The position numbers were made by a program, and so were the translations under genes. The notes beneath the pieces are model-generated. The model did no database searches. It was not told where the DNA came from and saw only the letters and a list, made by a program, of their open reading frames with translations. DNA of 63,474 bases, filler included, from Octopus bimaculoides (Eukaryota): NCBI RefSeq assembly GCF_001194135.2. It is 6 parts of 6 records of this genome, joined end to end, with 100 filler letters (N's around TTAATTAATTAA, not from the genome) between each part and the next. Parts side by side here need not be neighbours in the genome. Positions count along the whole stretch, not along the records: positions 48,902 to 60,331 come from NC_068981.1; positions 60,432 to 62,178 come from NC_068983.1; positions 62,279 to 63,474 come from NC_068992.1; 3 more parts are not named here. One strand, written 5' to 3'. Of the stretch, positions 49,455-63,059 are shown one piece after another. The stretch's first letter is position 1. Each line of letters begins with the position of its first letter.

Positions 49455-50072
49455 TATATATATAAATATACACACATATATATATTCGAGCTAAACCCCC
49501 ATACTTTGTAAATATATATATATATATATATATANNNNNNNNNNNNNNNNNNNNNNNNNNNNNNNNNNNNNNNNNNNNNNNNNNNNNNNNNNNNNNNNNN
49601 NNNNNNNNNNNNNNNNNNNNNNNNNNNNNNNNNNNNNNNNNNNNNNNNNNNNNNNNNNNNNNNNNNNNNNNNNNNNNNNNNNNNNNNNNNNNNNNNNNNN
49701 NNNNNNNNNNNNNNNNNNNNNNNNNNNNNNNNNNNNNNNNNNNNNNNNNNNNNNNNNNNNNNNNNNNNNNNNNNNNNNNNNNNNNNNNNNNNNNNNNNNN
49801 NNNNNNNNNNNNNNNNNNNNNNNNNNNNNNNNNNNNNNNNNNNNNNNNNNNNNNNNNNNNNNNNNNNNNNNNNNNNNNNNNNNNNNNNNNNNNNNNNNNN
49901 NNNNNNNNNNNNNNNNNNNNNNNNNNNNNNNNNNNNNNNNNNNNNNNNNNNNNNNNNNNNNNNNNNNNNNNNNNNNNNNNNNNNNNNNNNNNNNNNNNNN
50001 NNNNNNNNNNNNNNNNNNNNNNNNNNNNNNNNNNNNNNNNNNNNNNNNNNNNNNNNNNNNNNNNNNNNNNNN

Positions 50073-51440
50073 ACACGTCCTCTTCGCCTTGGACATCAAA
50101 TCCCTATACACGGTGATTCCCCACAATGATGGTCTCTTAGCCATCCAATACTTCCTCGACCGTCACCTTGACTCCCCACCCAGCACCTCCACCCTTCTCC
50201 GTCTGGCAGAGCTCGTCCTCACCCTCAACTGCTTTACGTTCGCCGGGGAGCTCTACCAACTTTTGTCTGGGGTCGCTATGGGAACGAGAATGGGCCCCAA
50301 TTTCGCCAACCTATTTGCTGGTCACATTGAGGCCCAAGTATTCTCCCAATTCTCTGGACCAATTCCAGAGCTATATCACTGCTACATAGACGACTGTATA
50401 GGCGCCACCTCCCTCTCCCTCGAACAACTTCATCTCTTTCCTCTCTAACTTTCACACGTCTCTCCAATTTACCTCTATCATCTCTAACACCTCGGTTAAC
50501 TTCTTAGATATCTCTCATACCACTAACCTTCCCTCCCACTCTCTCACCACCTCAGCCTTCTTCAAACCCACAGATTCCCACCTCTACCTCAACTTTTCCT
50601 CCTCCCATCCCTCCCACACCAAACGGGCCATCACCTACTCCCAGTTCCTCCGCCTCCGACGCTTGTGCAGCTGGGACCAGGATTTCGAGACCCAGCCCCA
50701 GTACCTTTCCTGCCTGTTCATGTATCCAGGATATCCCTTAACCCTTGTCCAAACCGCCCTTGCCTGCACTCGTCTAATCAATCGCACCACCACCCTCTCT
50801 CCTTCACCACACCAATCCCCTAACCGCACCCCTTTCCCCTCCTTTTTCACCCTCCACCCTATCCCTTCGCTGGAGGATCCTACCGGCCTTCCGTCGTCTC
50901 CAACTAGATCTCACCACCCACTCCATTTTCCTCGACCCACCCTCGTCCTCCTTTAAACACGCCCGTAACCTATATGATCTACTAGGCTATACCACATTCT
51001 CCTCTCCCCCACAGCCCCACTGGACCCTTCCCTTGCTCTACATCCCGCTGCTACACCCGCCCTTTCATCACTAACACTACCTCCCACACTGGATCCAACC
51101 AGCACTCTCTCCACATTAGAAACTCCTGCACCTTTTCAAGCCTTAGCTATTGCATCAGATGTAATCTCTGCAATAAACTCTACGCACACAATTACACATA
51201 CATAGGCATACGTACACCGACCGGTTCACCGAACATCTACGAGATGTTCGGCTATGCACGAACACCACCCTGCGTCGCCCGTCATTCCGCTTGGCCAACC
51301 ACTCCACCTCTAATATCTCCCGTTTTTGGCCTCGCTCTGCACCACGGAACCACACACTTGCGACTCCGCCGAGAGCAGCGTTACATTTTCAATCTACAAG
51401 CACAGATTCCTTTCAGACTCAACACAACCCCCTCCTCGTA
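50073..51440 (+). mobile_element. Penelope-like element of a second, C-rich lineage: RT, thumb and GIY-YIG; frameshifted
   Basis: LDIKSLYTVIPH, GVAMGTRMGPNFANLF, YIDDCIG, FFKPTDSHLYLNFSSSHPSHTKRAITYSQFLRLRRLCS, YCIRCNLC..., REQRYIFNL. Confidence 0.93.
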
Positions 51441-52429
51441 CACTCTTCTTAAAAAATAGCAACTTTCTATTTTATTTTATTTTATCTTATTTTATTCTCT
51501 CTTATATCCACTTACTTTTTTACACTGTTGCCCCTTTTTCGACATTTTTTATCGTCTTTTTCCGTCGAAATTTTAAACTTTTTAATTGCATTAATTTTCT
51601 TATAATTGTATTAATTTCTATTTTGTCCCTTTAATTTTAATTACTTAATTTTTTATTTTTTTTATCTTGTATCTGTTATTTTTTGTAATTTTTATTCATT
51701 TTCTTATTTTACATCTTGTATCCTTCCCCCTTTTCCCCCTTTTTTTTATCGATCTTATACACGCACACATACATACATACACATACATATACACACACGC
51801 ACAAATACACGCACGCGCGCACACATGAACGCACTTATACCTCCCACACACAACACACATACATGCACACACATACACACACGCTCATACACACACACGC
51901 ACACACACGCATACATACACACGCACATGCCTACACACATGAATGCACATATACCACCCACACACACGCATACACAACTCGCACATACATGCACCTACAC
52001 AGCACATACGCACACACACACATACGTACACACACGCACACAGACACACACATACGCACAAACAAAAACGTACACACACACACACACTCATACATAGACG
52101 CATGCACAGACTACACACAAAACACACACAACATATACATACACGCACACACATACACATCATACACACATACTTCAAACTGCCAGTCTAACACCTTTCT
52201 ACTGACCATTCCTCTACGCTCATGTGAAAAGACACACAACTACACAAAGGACCACCACTCCTGTTACCATGCTGCTAAATTCTTCCAACAACACTAAGAG
52301 ACACAAAGTTCACTCACACATACACATATAAACAGCCAATACCACACAGACACAACACACACATCTGTTCTCTCTCCCCGAACCCGCCCTGCCGTTTCCC
52401 ACCTCCCTTTTCCCCTTACCTACCATCCC

Positions 52430-52607
52430 ACCACCCTACCCCTCCAACGCACTATTCTCCGAGCTTTCTGGCACTTCCAGTCCGACCCCTCCACCTTCTA
52501 CAACTTCCCTAATCGACCCCTCCCCTCCTTCAAACGAGCCCATAACCTACGAGACCTCTTGGTCCACAGCTTCTTCCCCAACCCAACCTCCCAACCTGGC
52601 TCGTTCC
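52430..52607 (+). mobile_element. Second fragment of the C-rich PLE family (linker region)
   Basis: ILRAFWHFQSDPST...PLPSFKRAHNLRDLLVHS, homologous to about 50880-50990. Confidence 0.78.
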
Positions 52608-52859
52608 NNNNNNNNNNNNNNNNNNNNNNNNNNNNNNNNNNNNNNNNNNNNNNNNNNNNNNNNNNNNNNNNNNNNNNNNNNNNNNNNNNNNNNNNNNNNN
52701 NNNNNNNNNNNNNNNNNNNNNNNNNNNNNNNNNNNNNNNNNNNNNNNNNNNNNNNNNNNNNNNNNNNNNNNNNNNNNNNNNNNNNNNNNNNNNNNNNNTA
52801 TATATATATATATGTATATGTGTGTGTGCGTATGTATGTATGTGTGTGTGTATATGTTT

Positions 52860-53065
52860 GTGTGTCTGTGTTTGTCCCCCAAACATCGCTTGACAACCAA
52901 TGCTGGTGTGTTTACGTCCCTGTAAATTAGAGGTTCGGCCAAAGAGACCGATAGAATAAGTACTAGGCGTACAAAGAATAATTCCTGGGGTTGATTTGCT
53001 CGACTAAAGGCGGTTCTTGTTCATGACCACAGTCAAATGACTGAAACAAGTAAAAGAGTAAAAGA
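52860..53065 (+). mobile_element. tRNA-derived SINE 3' half
   Basis: Reverse-complement match to 49081-49290. Confidence 0.85.
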
Positions 53066-53285
53066 GAGCAAAGAGTAAAACATTCAGACAGATACATAAC
53101 AAGAACACCAGGACTAATATACAGAAAATAGCACTCCTAGGCACTGCACACATCTTACGTAAAATACTTCGATACAGTGAAAATAAGAGCATCACAACAA
53201 ACCACAGCACACCGAAAGCACACAGAGCTGCACTTGGTGAAAGCACGTGATAAAAATAAGACTACTGAATAATAATAATAATAAT

Positions 53286-53338
<53 letters not shown>

Positions 53339-53360
53339 GGATAATAATAATGATAATAAT

Positions 53361-56100
53361 AACGGCCCTTCGCCCTAGTCCTATGACGCTGTTGGATGAC
53401 ATGAGCCTGCCTTTCCAGGTGTCGAGCTGCAAGCCCACCGACTTCTCCTGGTTAATCATTGCTCCTGTCACTGCTTCGTACTCCCTTAAGGTAGTGCCAA
53501 CCACCTCTGTTTCCGAGATGTATGACACTATCACAGTGAGGTCACGGGTCACAACACTGGGAGTTCTCCCGTTTTGTTGCCAGTTGAAGTCCCCAAACAA
53601 GTCTGTCATATGAAGATGAAGCTCAATGGGTAGACCATCAATCTCCCGAGACTTCTCCCTTGTGCAGTTAGTCATCGCGTCCTGTTTGTCTTCGACTGTT
53701 TACCTGCATTTTGCAGAACCCTGCATTCCTGACTGAAAGGCGTGGTATGCTATCGAGGTGGTAGGTGGAATCCACCCTTGCCTCTGAGCCACTGCGCACT
53801 CCTTACAATTTCACGAAGTGCTGTTGAAATTCCGCACACATCTTCTTGGATTTGAGTGACATTTGCCCGGCCCGGCCTGTCAATGAGCAAATTGTGACCC
53901 AGGCCCATCGAATGGCTTTCATTCTCTCATGCCTGAGCGTATGTGCCCTATTTCTGACAATGCAACTTTCGAGCTGGGTATTGAAGAATTGATCAAGAGC
54001 CAATCTCACCGTCAGCACGTTGGTCGCTATGCCACTTGTAAGTGTCTTTTCTAGCTTTCTAACTAGTTCACCCGCTATTCTCTATTGCTATTTCTTTAGT
54101 GAACTCTAACGCCTCTACTCTAATAGTTCTTTTCAGGGCTATCCACCCTCAGTTGTTGACAATTACCCCTGACGACTTGCTAGACCGGTCTCTGAAAGCT
54201 TGACGTACAAGGAAAGACGCAGTCAACTTTCAGTATCCGGGGTCCTACTTATGGATCCTATCTAGGTTGACATACAGAACACAAAATTAAGGTCTGTGTA
54301 GCTAACGACTTTGAACTATGTACAAGCTAGGCTACTTCTATTTACAGGCCTAAAATTAGTCTAACTAGATTTGATCTGGAAGACTTGATGCTGTTTGTTC
54401 ATGTCGACATTGGTGCATTCAGGATATCCAGTCGGTACTTGTCAGCCAGGTGGAATCAACTGACCTGGATCGCGAAGCTTTTACTCTCCACCCCCACCTC
54501 TTATCGGTTAATCCCATCCTATCCAGACATGCGTCCAAGATGGTGCTCCAATTGTCCACTAGCACTAATGAGCGAGATATCCCAAAGAAAACCTCCAAAC
54601 TTCTGAAGAAATCTGGTTTCCCCGCCCTAGTAGATGCATATACAGCGACTAGTCTAAAAGCACCAGCTTCGCTATTGCTCACACCAAGGACCGGGTGCAG
54701 GAATATTGTCCGGGTCCAGGAATATCGTCCGTACCTCATGATCTAGGCCTTTTCTAACCAGCACTGCCACCCCGTCTCCCATCTCAGGCCGACTAAGAGA
54801 CATGTAGATCTCAAAATCGTCGAAAATAGGAGCTAGATCGTGTGGTTTCGTTGAGGACGTCACATCCATAGCTGGTGACTTGAGGTCGTTGCCCAGGCCA
54901 CATACATTTATACAACTCACTCTTAAACTTGCCATGATGACCAGAAAAAGTTTGGAGAAGAAACAAAGGGGTCTGCTTACCCAGCAGGTGCCAGTAGAAG
55001 TAATGTAGTTCAACGTTCATTTGTTGGGGCTCTTTTGGAAACACCCTTAAAAGCTCACTCGTGGATTTTATATTAGAGATTCCCAAGTCGTGAGGGAAGC
55101 TCTATCTAGTGTTTTAATATGTTTCCAGAGACATATGCACTTGAACAGTGCTGATGCTGAAGATCACACCCTCTCTCTCGATGTTCTTTCGTCGTGCTAT
55201 GAGGGCCATTGCTTCTTTGTTGGACCTCCTCACTAGCACGAAGTTTTGCATTTGCATGACTGGTTATTGCTGTTGGGGTGATGTTTCTTCATGGGTTGTT
55301 GCAGTCGTGGTAGTGTTGGTGGAGCTGGTTCTGATAGTGTTGGTGGAGTTGGTTGTGATCTGATGCCAACTGTGGTGCTGGAGGGGTGGGTGATGCTGTA
55401 GGTATGTTTTTTTGTTTTTTTTTAGTGTGTGTGTTGGTATGGGACATGTTTTATTGTATCTTGTTTTTGTTTTGGAGGGTCTCCCTCATTTTCACTGCAT
55501 GACACAGGAGTATCAGTATCTGTGGAATCGGGTTGCGAGTCTGTGTATGTATTTGAGTTTAGAAGAGAGGAAGGAAGAAGGAGAGCTTCGTCGGAAGAGC
55601 TGCTGGGCATTGTATGTGTCCGTTATTATTATTCTTTCTGCTATTAAAGATGGTGGTGGTGCATCTGCTGTTGGTATTGTTGGTGTTACTGTTGTTGGTT
55701 CTCTGTCAGCATTTGTTGGATTTGATTTTCCTGTTGTTGCCTAGGTTGGTGCCACTTTTGTTGTTGCTTATTGCTGGTTTAGCTGGCATGGTTTTGGGGC
55801 ACCTGTATTTGACAGTAAGATAGTTCCATGGTTCCCTGTGTTCTGTTGGGGCAGTATCCTCACACAAGTGGCACTGTAGATTTCTACTCTTAACCATAGC
55901 TGTAACATGCAGCTCTTCCCCTCCCGGTGGGCAAATAAGGCCAGGAATCTTGAGGATCATGTCTGGTTTAATGTGGAGTAGCACCTACATCCTGATCCCA
56001 GACCGATTTTCACGATGGGTCCACTTCATCTTCAGGAGGCTGTTACTCCTTTCCAAAATGATACACACTAAAATCCACCATAAATTTATCTCAGGTGGAA
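53361..56100 (-). mobile_element. Tx1/L1-like non-LTR retrotransposon, internally deleted and decayed (ORF1, APE endonuclease, RT pieces)
   Basis: APE start MASLRVSCINVCGL, GVAVLVRK, FRLVAVYA, LVLVDNWSTILD; RT pieces DGLPIEL and LREYEAVTGAMINQEKSVGLQL; upstream ORF1-like Cys/His segment (CHLCED...H). Confidence 0.82.
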
Positions 56101-56143
56101 TTCCTGTAATCTTTATTCTCACTGTTCTTATTTGTAAATACAA

Positions 56144-57650
56144 TTGATGGAGCACATATTTTTCACTTTGTCAGATAACCACAAAGTTTTGAACTTGGTG
56201 ATTGCTCACTTCCCCCTCTATTTGAGGGTAGAAGAAGTTGAGGCAAAAAAACAAAAAACAAAAATAAAAGAGCGAAAGGAGAGTGAAACAGCAGTAGTGG
56301 AAAGTGGTAACAAAGGAGTAAAAGATGAAGAACATGACACAGATGGAAACTACAGAGTACCAGAGAATACTAATAAAGTAAATAATGGTGTTCTAGATGG
56401 ACAAGTGACAGTAAGTACTGCACAAGTCTTGAATGATGAAGAGGAGATTTTAGAAATGTTGCAAGGTAAAATGTCTAATGGGAACAATGAAGTACCACCA
56501 AATGTAAAATATATGAACAGAAAACAAGTGAGGAAAATCACAGGCAAAGTAAATGACATTTTAAGCTTGATTAAAACAGAAAACATCAGTGAAACAAACC
56601 AGCTAATCATAGCTGCTGCTAATGTCGTAGCTAACATAGTAGGCTACAAGCAAAAAACTGAAGATATAAAAGCAAATGAAAGGAAAGAACCAAACTGAAG
56701 GAGGAGAATTTGAATAAAGCTGGAAAAGGCATGGAATGAAGTGGGACAATTAGATAGCATAATGTAAGGAGAGTTCAAGAATAAGATAGGAATCAGAAAA
56801 TTGAATGGACTGTTCAGGTTAGAAGAAAGAGGAAATCAAACAGTACATGAAGAATTGACACAAATTGACATTAAAGGCCAAATTGAAAAAATGTGATGCA
56901 AGATACAAAAGTTTTGAACAGAATTGACTGTTCCAATCAAATAGAAGGTGTCTATTTGAGCAAATAGAGGGAGGCCAACACCAGGAACTGATTCCAGATG
57001 TGGAAGAAAGTAAAGAATTTTGAGGAAGGCTGTGGAACAGGCAAGGCATAAAGAAAGTGCAGAGCGGCTAACAAAGGTGGAAAGACAACTTGCAACTGTA
57101 CCAAAATAAAAGGACATCAGAATTAATCTATATACAGTGAGACAGAAGAAAAAAAACAGCAAATCGAAAAGAACCAGGCCTGGATGGAGTACAAGGCTAT
57201 TGGCTAAAGAACGTTACACGGTTGCATGAAAGAATTGCTGTGCAACTGGATGACTGCCTGCAGCAAGGTTACATCCCTTCCTCGATGACAAGTGGACGAA
57301 CGCTGCTATGCCTCAAGGAACTTAGCATCAAATTTTCGACCTATAACCTGTTTACCACTAATGGGGAAACGTCTTGGTGGAAGAGTTATATAACCATTTG
57401 GAAAATAACAATCTACTTACAGAAAAACAGAAAGGACGTAAGAAATAAAGTAGGGCAACAAAAAATCACTAATTAGCTGACAAAATGATAATTAGAAATT
57501 GTAGATGCCGACTGATGGGATAAAATGTAGCATAGCTAGATTACAAAAAAGCATATGACATGGTATCACACAGTTGGATAAATAAAACAATGAACATGTT
57601 TGGAATAGCAAAAAACAGAAAAATGCTTAATGAAAGTATGAAACAATTTA
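56144..57650 (+). mobile_element. R4/Dong-like (RLE-clade) non-LTR element, N-terminal region and start of RT; decayed and 3'-truncated
   Basis: ETNQLIIAAANVVA...EPNWRRRI, PGLDGVQGYWLK...LHERIAVQL, GRTLL, NFRPITCLP, LDYKKAYDMVSHSWI. The clade assignment is from memory of these motifs. Confidence 0.75.
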
Positions 57651-58330
57651 ATGCTGTGTGAGTGAAGTTTTTGGAGTTATTGTTTACAATTACTTTCATA
57701 TAAAGTTAACAAGAAATATTATTATGGGATCACAGAATAATATTTGAATTGCTTAGTATTATCCAGATTTGCACAGGAATGGTTCATTGGAGTATAATGT
57801 AAAGAGATGTTCTGTTCAGAGTTGGAGACTTTTGTCTTAGATCTGTAGGTTGTGATAAGGTGTAACATGAGACTTAGAACATTTAGAAGTAGGTCAATAG
57901 CTGTATAAGATTTGTAATTAAAAGATTTTAAGTAGTCGTTGTATCAAGGAAGTAATGGTTACATTGCAGAAACACAGCAGCATGTAGTTATATCATCAGT
58001 TTAACCGTTTAACTGGCTTATTTATTTCCTATTATGATGTCGGTGGGTAAAAGTCATTATCCATGATGTTTGCCATCCAGAATTATTTGCCTATGCTTTT
58101 GTAGCCCATCGAAGTTAAAAAAAAAAAAAAAAGCAAGTGCTTTCCTGTTTTAAAGGTAATTACTAATGGAACTCTAATGGTGTCCAGTAAAAAAGCCAGT
58201 GAAAGATAAATCACAGTTTTAGCTAGGGAAAAAAGTCACTGGAAAAAGTAATTTTGTTTTAGTATAAACAATCAAACTAATGAACAAAAAATATTTAAAA
58301 TCAGTTATTAACTGACAGTACACAATTTAT

Positions 58331-58749
58331 CATCGCTGGTTTAACCATTATGTAAAATAAGCAACTACTTAGGGCATCAAGGCAAGGGGACACCACAGAA
58401 ATGGTAAATAATTTGCAGCACAAAAGAAATCATTTTAAACTTGCTAAAATGATATTCAGGATTCCTTATCTCTTCTAAGTATAGAAGCAAATGTGTTATG
58501 TAAGATTAATTTTGAGGATTTGATCAAAGACTTTGCAATTAAAGAAAGTAAGAGAAAATTTTTCAAATATAAATAATAAAGTGGAAGTATACAAAAATAA
58601 ACATTTTCTATCTTGCTGTTAGTTTTGCTTCATTTTGAAAAATAAAAATTTATGTTATGGTTTATTATTGTTTATAATTTGAATTATATATGGGGGTACC
58701 AAAATCTTTTAAGTGCTTAAGGGCTCCTATGGGTCATAATTTGACCTTG
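58331..58749 (+). mobile_element. Non-autonomous hAT element carrying the transposase dimerisation-domain tail
   Basis: Perfect 8-bp TSD CAATTTAT (58323-58330 and 58750-58757); degenerate termini CATCGCTGGTTTAA / TAATTTGACCTTG; internal SLSLLSIEANVLCKINFEDLIKDFAIKESKRKFF. Confidence 0.88.
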
Positions 58750-59078
58750 CAATTTATATATGATGGCATTGCATAGATGTGAACAAAAAATATATATCAT
58801 TTATTCAATTTCTTAAGCAAAGCAAGACAATGAAACCAAAGATTTCAGTCATGTATTGAAAATACATGACATGTACACATTGAAACCACCTTACATAGAA
58901 TTGTGGCGTTACATGTATATTCAACAATATTAATATTGATGACTAAAACAAATATTCCAGTTGATGCTGCAAAGAAACTCTGCTATGGAGATTTTTTTAC
59001 CAGTTACTTTTTTCCCCCGGATTCTCTCTAAAAAGAGAACATGAGATCAAACTATTTTTCATCACTGATTAACGAGGT

Positions 59079-59272
59079 TTTGTATACAAAAGGGCTAAGA
59101 AAATAATGTGAGTTGCTTATGACATTTTTCATAAGAATTTGTATACAAAAGGGCTAAGAAAATAATGTGAGTTGCTTATGACATTTTTCATAAGAAGGAT
59201 ATCTATCCTTCTTATGAAAAATGTCATAAGCAACTCACATTATTTTCTTAGCCCTTTTGTATACAAATTCTT
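59079..59272. repeat. Exact 59-bp tandem duplication followed by a perfect 68-bp-arm palindrome
   Basis: Units 59079-59137 and 59138-59196; arms 59133-59200 and 59205-59272 with loop ATCT. Confidence 0.95.
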
Positions 59273-60431
59273 TTTGGTAAAGAAAAATAAGGAACACTTC
59301 ACTGCTATTTCTAACAAGGACTTTATACCTTACCTTTAAACAATTCTTTTTGTTAGAATTATGTGAAATGTGGTCACCTTGCATTTTGTTTTGCAGATGC
59401 TCATCTCTATTCCCATGCACTGATTTTCTTTTCCCGTCTGATCATTACATGTATGCACAGCCTTATTCTGGTAAACTAAATTTTGAATTAATTTTGTCTT
59501 CACTATTATTCCTATGTGATGAATTAAAATTGTGACGTTGCTGGAACTCATTCCTTGGTTTTTATTCTTTCCTGATTCTTGTCATTTAATATTCATTTTC
59601 TGACATAGGGGGTTTATGTTGAACTAAACACGTGGGTTTATTTTTTATTTTCCCACATGTGCAGAGTTGAATGCCATTTTCTTGTCTCATCGTCTGGTAA
59701 CTTTTTCGTTGCTTGTCCTCAACCATCCTCAAGTTTATTAACATTCTGTCAGATCTTTATATTATGTAACCAACATTTAGAAGGAATTTTAATTTCATTT
59801 TATAAGTCACCTAATTAATAATAATGATAATTATTTTCAGTCATATTAGTTAGTTTTTTTCCCTTTCTTTTGTTTGTATAGCTAGTAATTTTATGAACAT
59901 TGATATTTTTCCGTGGGAATTATTAATGTTCAGCATATTCATCAACTTCTTTTTTGTTAAAAAGTTTTGATTATTATTCGACTCACAGTCATTCAATACA
60001 GTAAACCTGTTAAGGCACCATCATAATGGTTGACCAGCATTGTCTACTTTTAAGATGATAGAGAACCATTATGTGATCACTAGACCAGCTAGAAATAGCT
60101 GCCAAATACCTCTTAAATCACTTTTTTATAAATAGAACATGTAGACAAATAGTAGGCTGTTCATGAGATAAGTATCGGTGGACTGGTTCGTCAAATTGAT
60201 CAAGCATATAATTTCTGTTAAAACCTATTCAACAGGTCAATATAACCTTACATAGAGCAATGAGTTTCAAAGCAGGATAAATTTCATGATTCTTATTGAA
60301 AGGGAGTGGCAAAATTGCAATAGCCATTTATNNNNNNNNNNNNNNNNNNNNNNNNNNNNNNNNNNNNNNNNNNNNTTAATTAATTAANNNNNNNNNNNNN
60401 NNNNNNNNNNNNNNNNNNNNNNNNNNNNNNN

Positions 60432-60474
<43 letters not shown>

Positions 60475-60501
60475 GAGAAAGAGAGAGACAGACAGAGAGA
60501 G

Positions 60502-60532
<31 letters not shown>

Positions 60533-61172
60533 GGCTCCGTCACTTCACTGGCCAAAAACTAAAGGCTGTTTACAGTAAGATAAAGGTATACGCATATCCA
60601 TATTTTGAATTCCTGATTCAGAACAAGGTCTAATCCCTTCCTGTCATAAATATATAGTCTCTTGAGATTGCAATAACCTTCAAGCACACAGATTTTTTAA
60701 CATTTCTCTCATTCGCACGTATTGCAATGCTTGAAACTAATTACAATACTCCTTATTTTCTTTATACATGGCATTTTATAACAAGTACATAACACATCAT
60801 CTCCTTTTTCCTAAGGGTAGTTCACATTTTCATTTCTCTTCAAGGTCGATATTATTATTGATCATTATGTATAAAATTGAGGCACGTAAGATCGGATCCA
60901 GGTTGAGTTTGTATTTTTCTTTATCAATTTCTAAAAACGAACATTTTCTCTTACTATCTACATATATCCTAAATGTAAAGAACAAATTGAATGTCCGAAT
61001 ATCATACCTGCGTTTCATAAATTTTATATCACAACTGTACTCTTCACAGTTAATTCATAAATTTAAGTCAATGTTATGTTTCCCCAGAAGCAGCTATTTC
61101 ATTAAACAAACGGATGCACACACACACACACGCACGCGCGCAAGCACACACACACACGCACGCACACGCACG

Positions 61173-61209
<37 letters not shown>

Positions 61210-61523
61210 ATTGGCATTCAACAATAAATAATGATATACAATTCCGATAAGAAAAGCTAAGTATTATCACTTAACAGTAAAACAAAAATGATCGCGTGAT
61301 TAATCTGTATCGGTGTCAAGACATCGTACGTTTGACCCTGCTTCTTATAAGACACAACTTTTGGCTGTTGCTTGGCGCCGGGACCTGGCAACGTAGGAGA
61401 AGAGCTCCACTTCACAACACTTGTTTCTTTCACCCATTTTATCTATAACCTTAGCAGTTTTAACGAACTCTCCAACTTAAAACATTCAAACGCGCACACA
61501 CACGCACGCACACATACACTATA

Positions 61524-61745
61524 CTGAGGTGCATTGATCGTGACTTCGGTTCCCAAACGGAGCGGTGTGTTGTGTTCTTGAGCAAAGCAGTTCATCTCAC
61601 GTTGCTCCGCGGTCATTACGACATTTGACATCTGGAAAACTTGTGCACCTCTACATGCAATGTCGATCTAATGAAGGAAGTGAGCTAACGTACAGCACAA
61701 ATATTTCATCACTATAAACGACACATCTGTGTGGTTGTTCAGCAA
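61524..61745 (+). mobile_element. Decayed SINE-like repeat; related 3' part at about 34470-34535
   Basis: TTCTTGAGCAAAGCA.TTCATCTCACGTTGCTC body; AATGTCGATCT and ATAAAC.A..CATCT.TGTGGTTGTTCAG are shared with the 34.5-kb copy. Confidence 0.6.
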
Positions 61746-61998
61746 CATATATATGTGTGTGTGTGTGTGTACTAGTAATACACCCCGACGTTGCCCTGGT
61801 GTTATGACCTACAACCACATTGTATTATTTGTTCCTTTCTTATAGGCAGAATCGGTACACGAGAAGTATGAAGCAAACAACTCTTCTTTACAAACATGGT
61901 TTTCGGTCATTTTTTGATGAACAATGCTGCAGTTTCCCTCTACCAATTTCAGTCAACCACAGTCATTCTTGCACCTAATATATGTGTGCGTTTACATT

Positions 61999-62047
<49 letters not shown>

Positions 62048-62278
62048 CCATTTAATAATGTGTGAATTTGTGAGGGGAATATGTTGAATAAAATAATAAT
62101 TAACTGATCTCCAGTATTTTCTTGATTCCAAACCAGGAACCTATATATACGTATGTATATATATATATATATATATATNNNNNNNNNNNNNNNNNNNNNN
62201 NNNNNNNNNNNNNNNNNNNNNNTTAATTAATTAANNNNNNNNNNNNNNNNNNNNNNNNNNNNNNNNNNNNNNNNNNNN

Positions 62279-62327
<49 letters not shown>

Positions 62328-62952
62328 TATTTATATATGCATAGTCTCTAAGTCCTTGTAACTAAGCGGAAAAGCTTTCGCTAATGAAATCTAACAACAT
62401 TGAAACATGCCCTTCTTTTTTTTAACGGTGGTGGCTGCGACAATATTTGCAGTGGTTGTTGGAGTGGTTGCAAGTAATGGTGGTAGTGGTGACATTGATG
62501 ATGAGGATGGTGATAATGGGGAGGGGGGTCGTGGTGCTTATTGTGCTAATGGCAGTGATAGGGATATTTGTCGTGATGGCGTTAATGGAATATATAGAAA
62601 ATACTAAAACAAAACAACAACAACAACAAAAAACAGGGACTAGTGACGCCAGAGATAAGGACAGTTTAAAAGTGATATGGGGTTGTGTCCTGTGGAGTGG
62701 CGTAGTATCGAAGGGGATGGTCGTTTAATTAATTTCCTCATTTATATTCCATTTGTAAGGTTGTGCTTTAAACTTGGTGGATGGGTGTGAACCAGGGAGA
62801 TGCTGTGACTGGCTTCGTTTTTGATTTTATTTCACCCTTCCCCACCACCACCTTTTTTTTATCAATACTATTTAGCTAAATCTGGATATTTTCTGTAGAA
62901 TGTTTGTGGAGATACTGGTTGGTGGGGTGGGGTAAAGTGTGGACGTTATTAT

Positions 62953-62990
<38 letters not shown>

Positions 62991-63059
62991 TTGTTGTTAT
63001 CATAGATTTTGTTGTTTGTTATTTGTTTCATCACACAACTTTATGACTGTTTTGTCGTT

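Noticed and set aside
12937-52942. Many long ORFs in the track made of X runs or YI/CV/HT/poly-I/poly-L repeats
   Set aside because: They are translations of N gaps and di-, tri- or tetranucleotide microsatellites, not genes.
61771-61800. ACTAG...CCCGACGTTGCCC resembling a Helitron-type terminus
   Set aside because: Only about 30 bp of resemblance and no matching other end identified.
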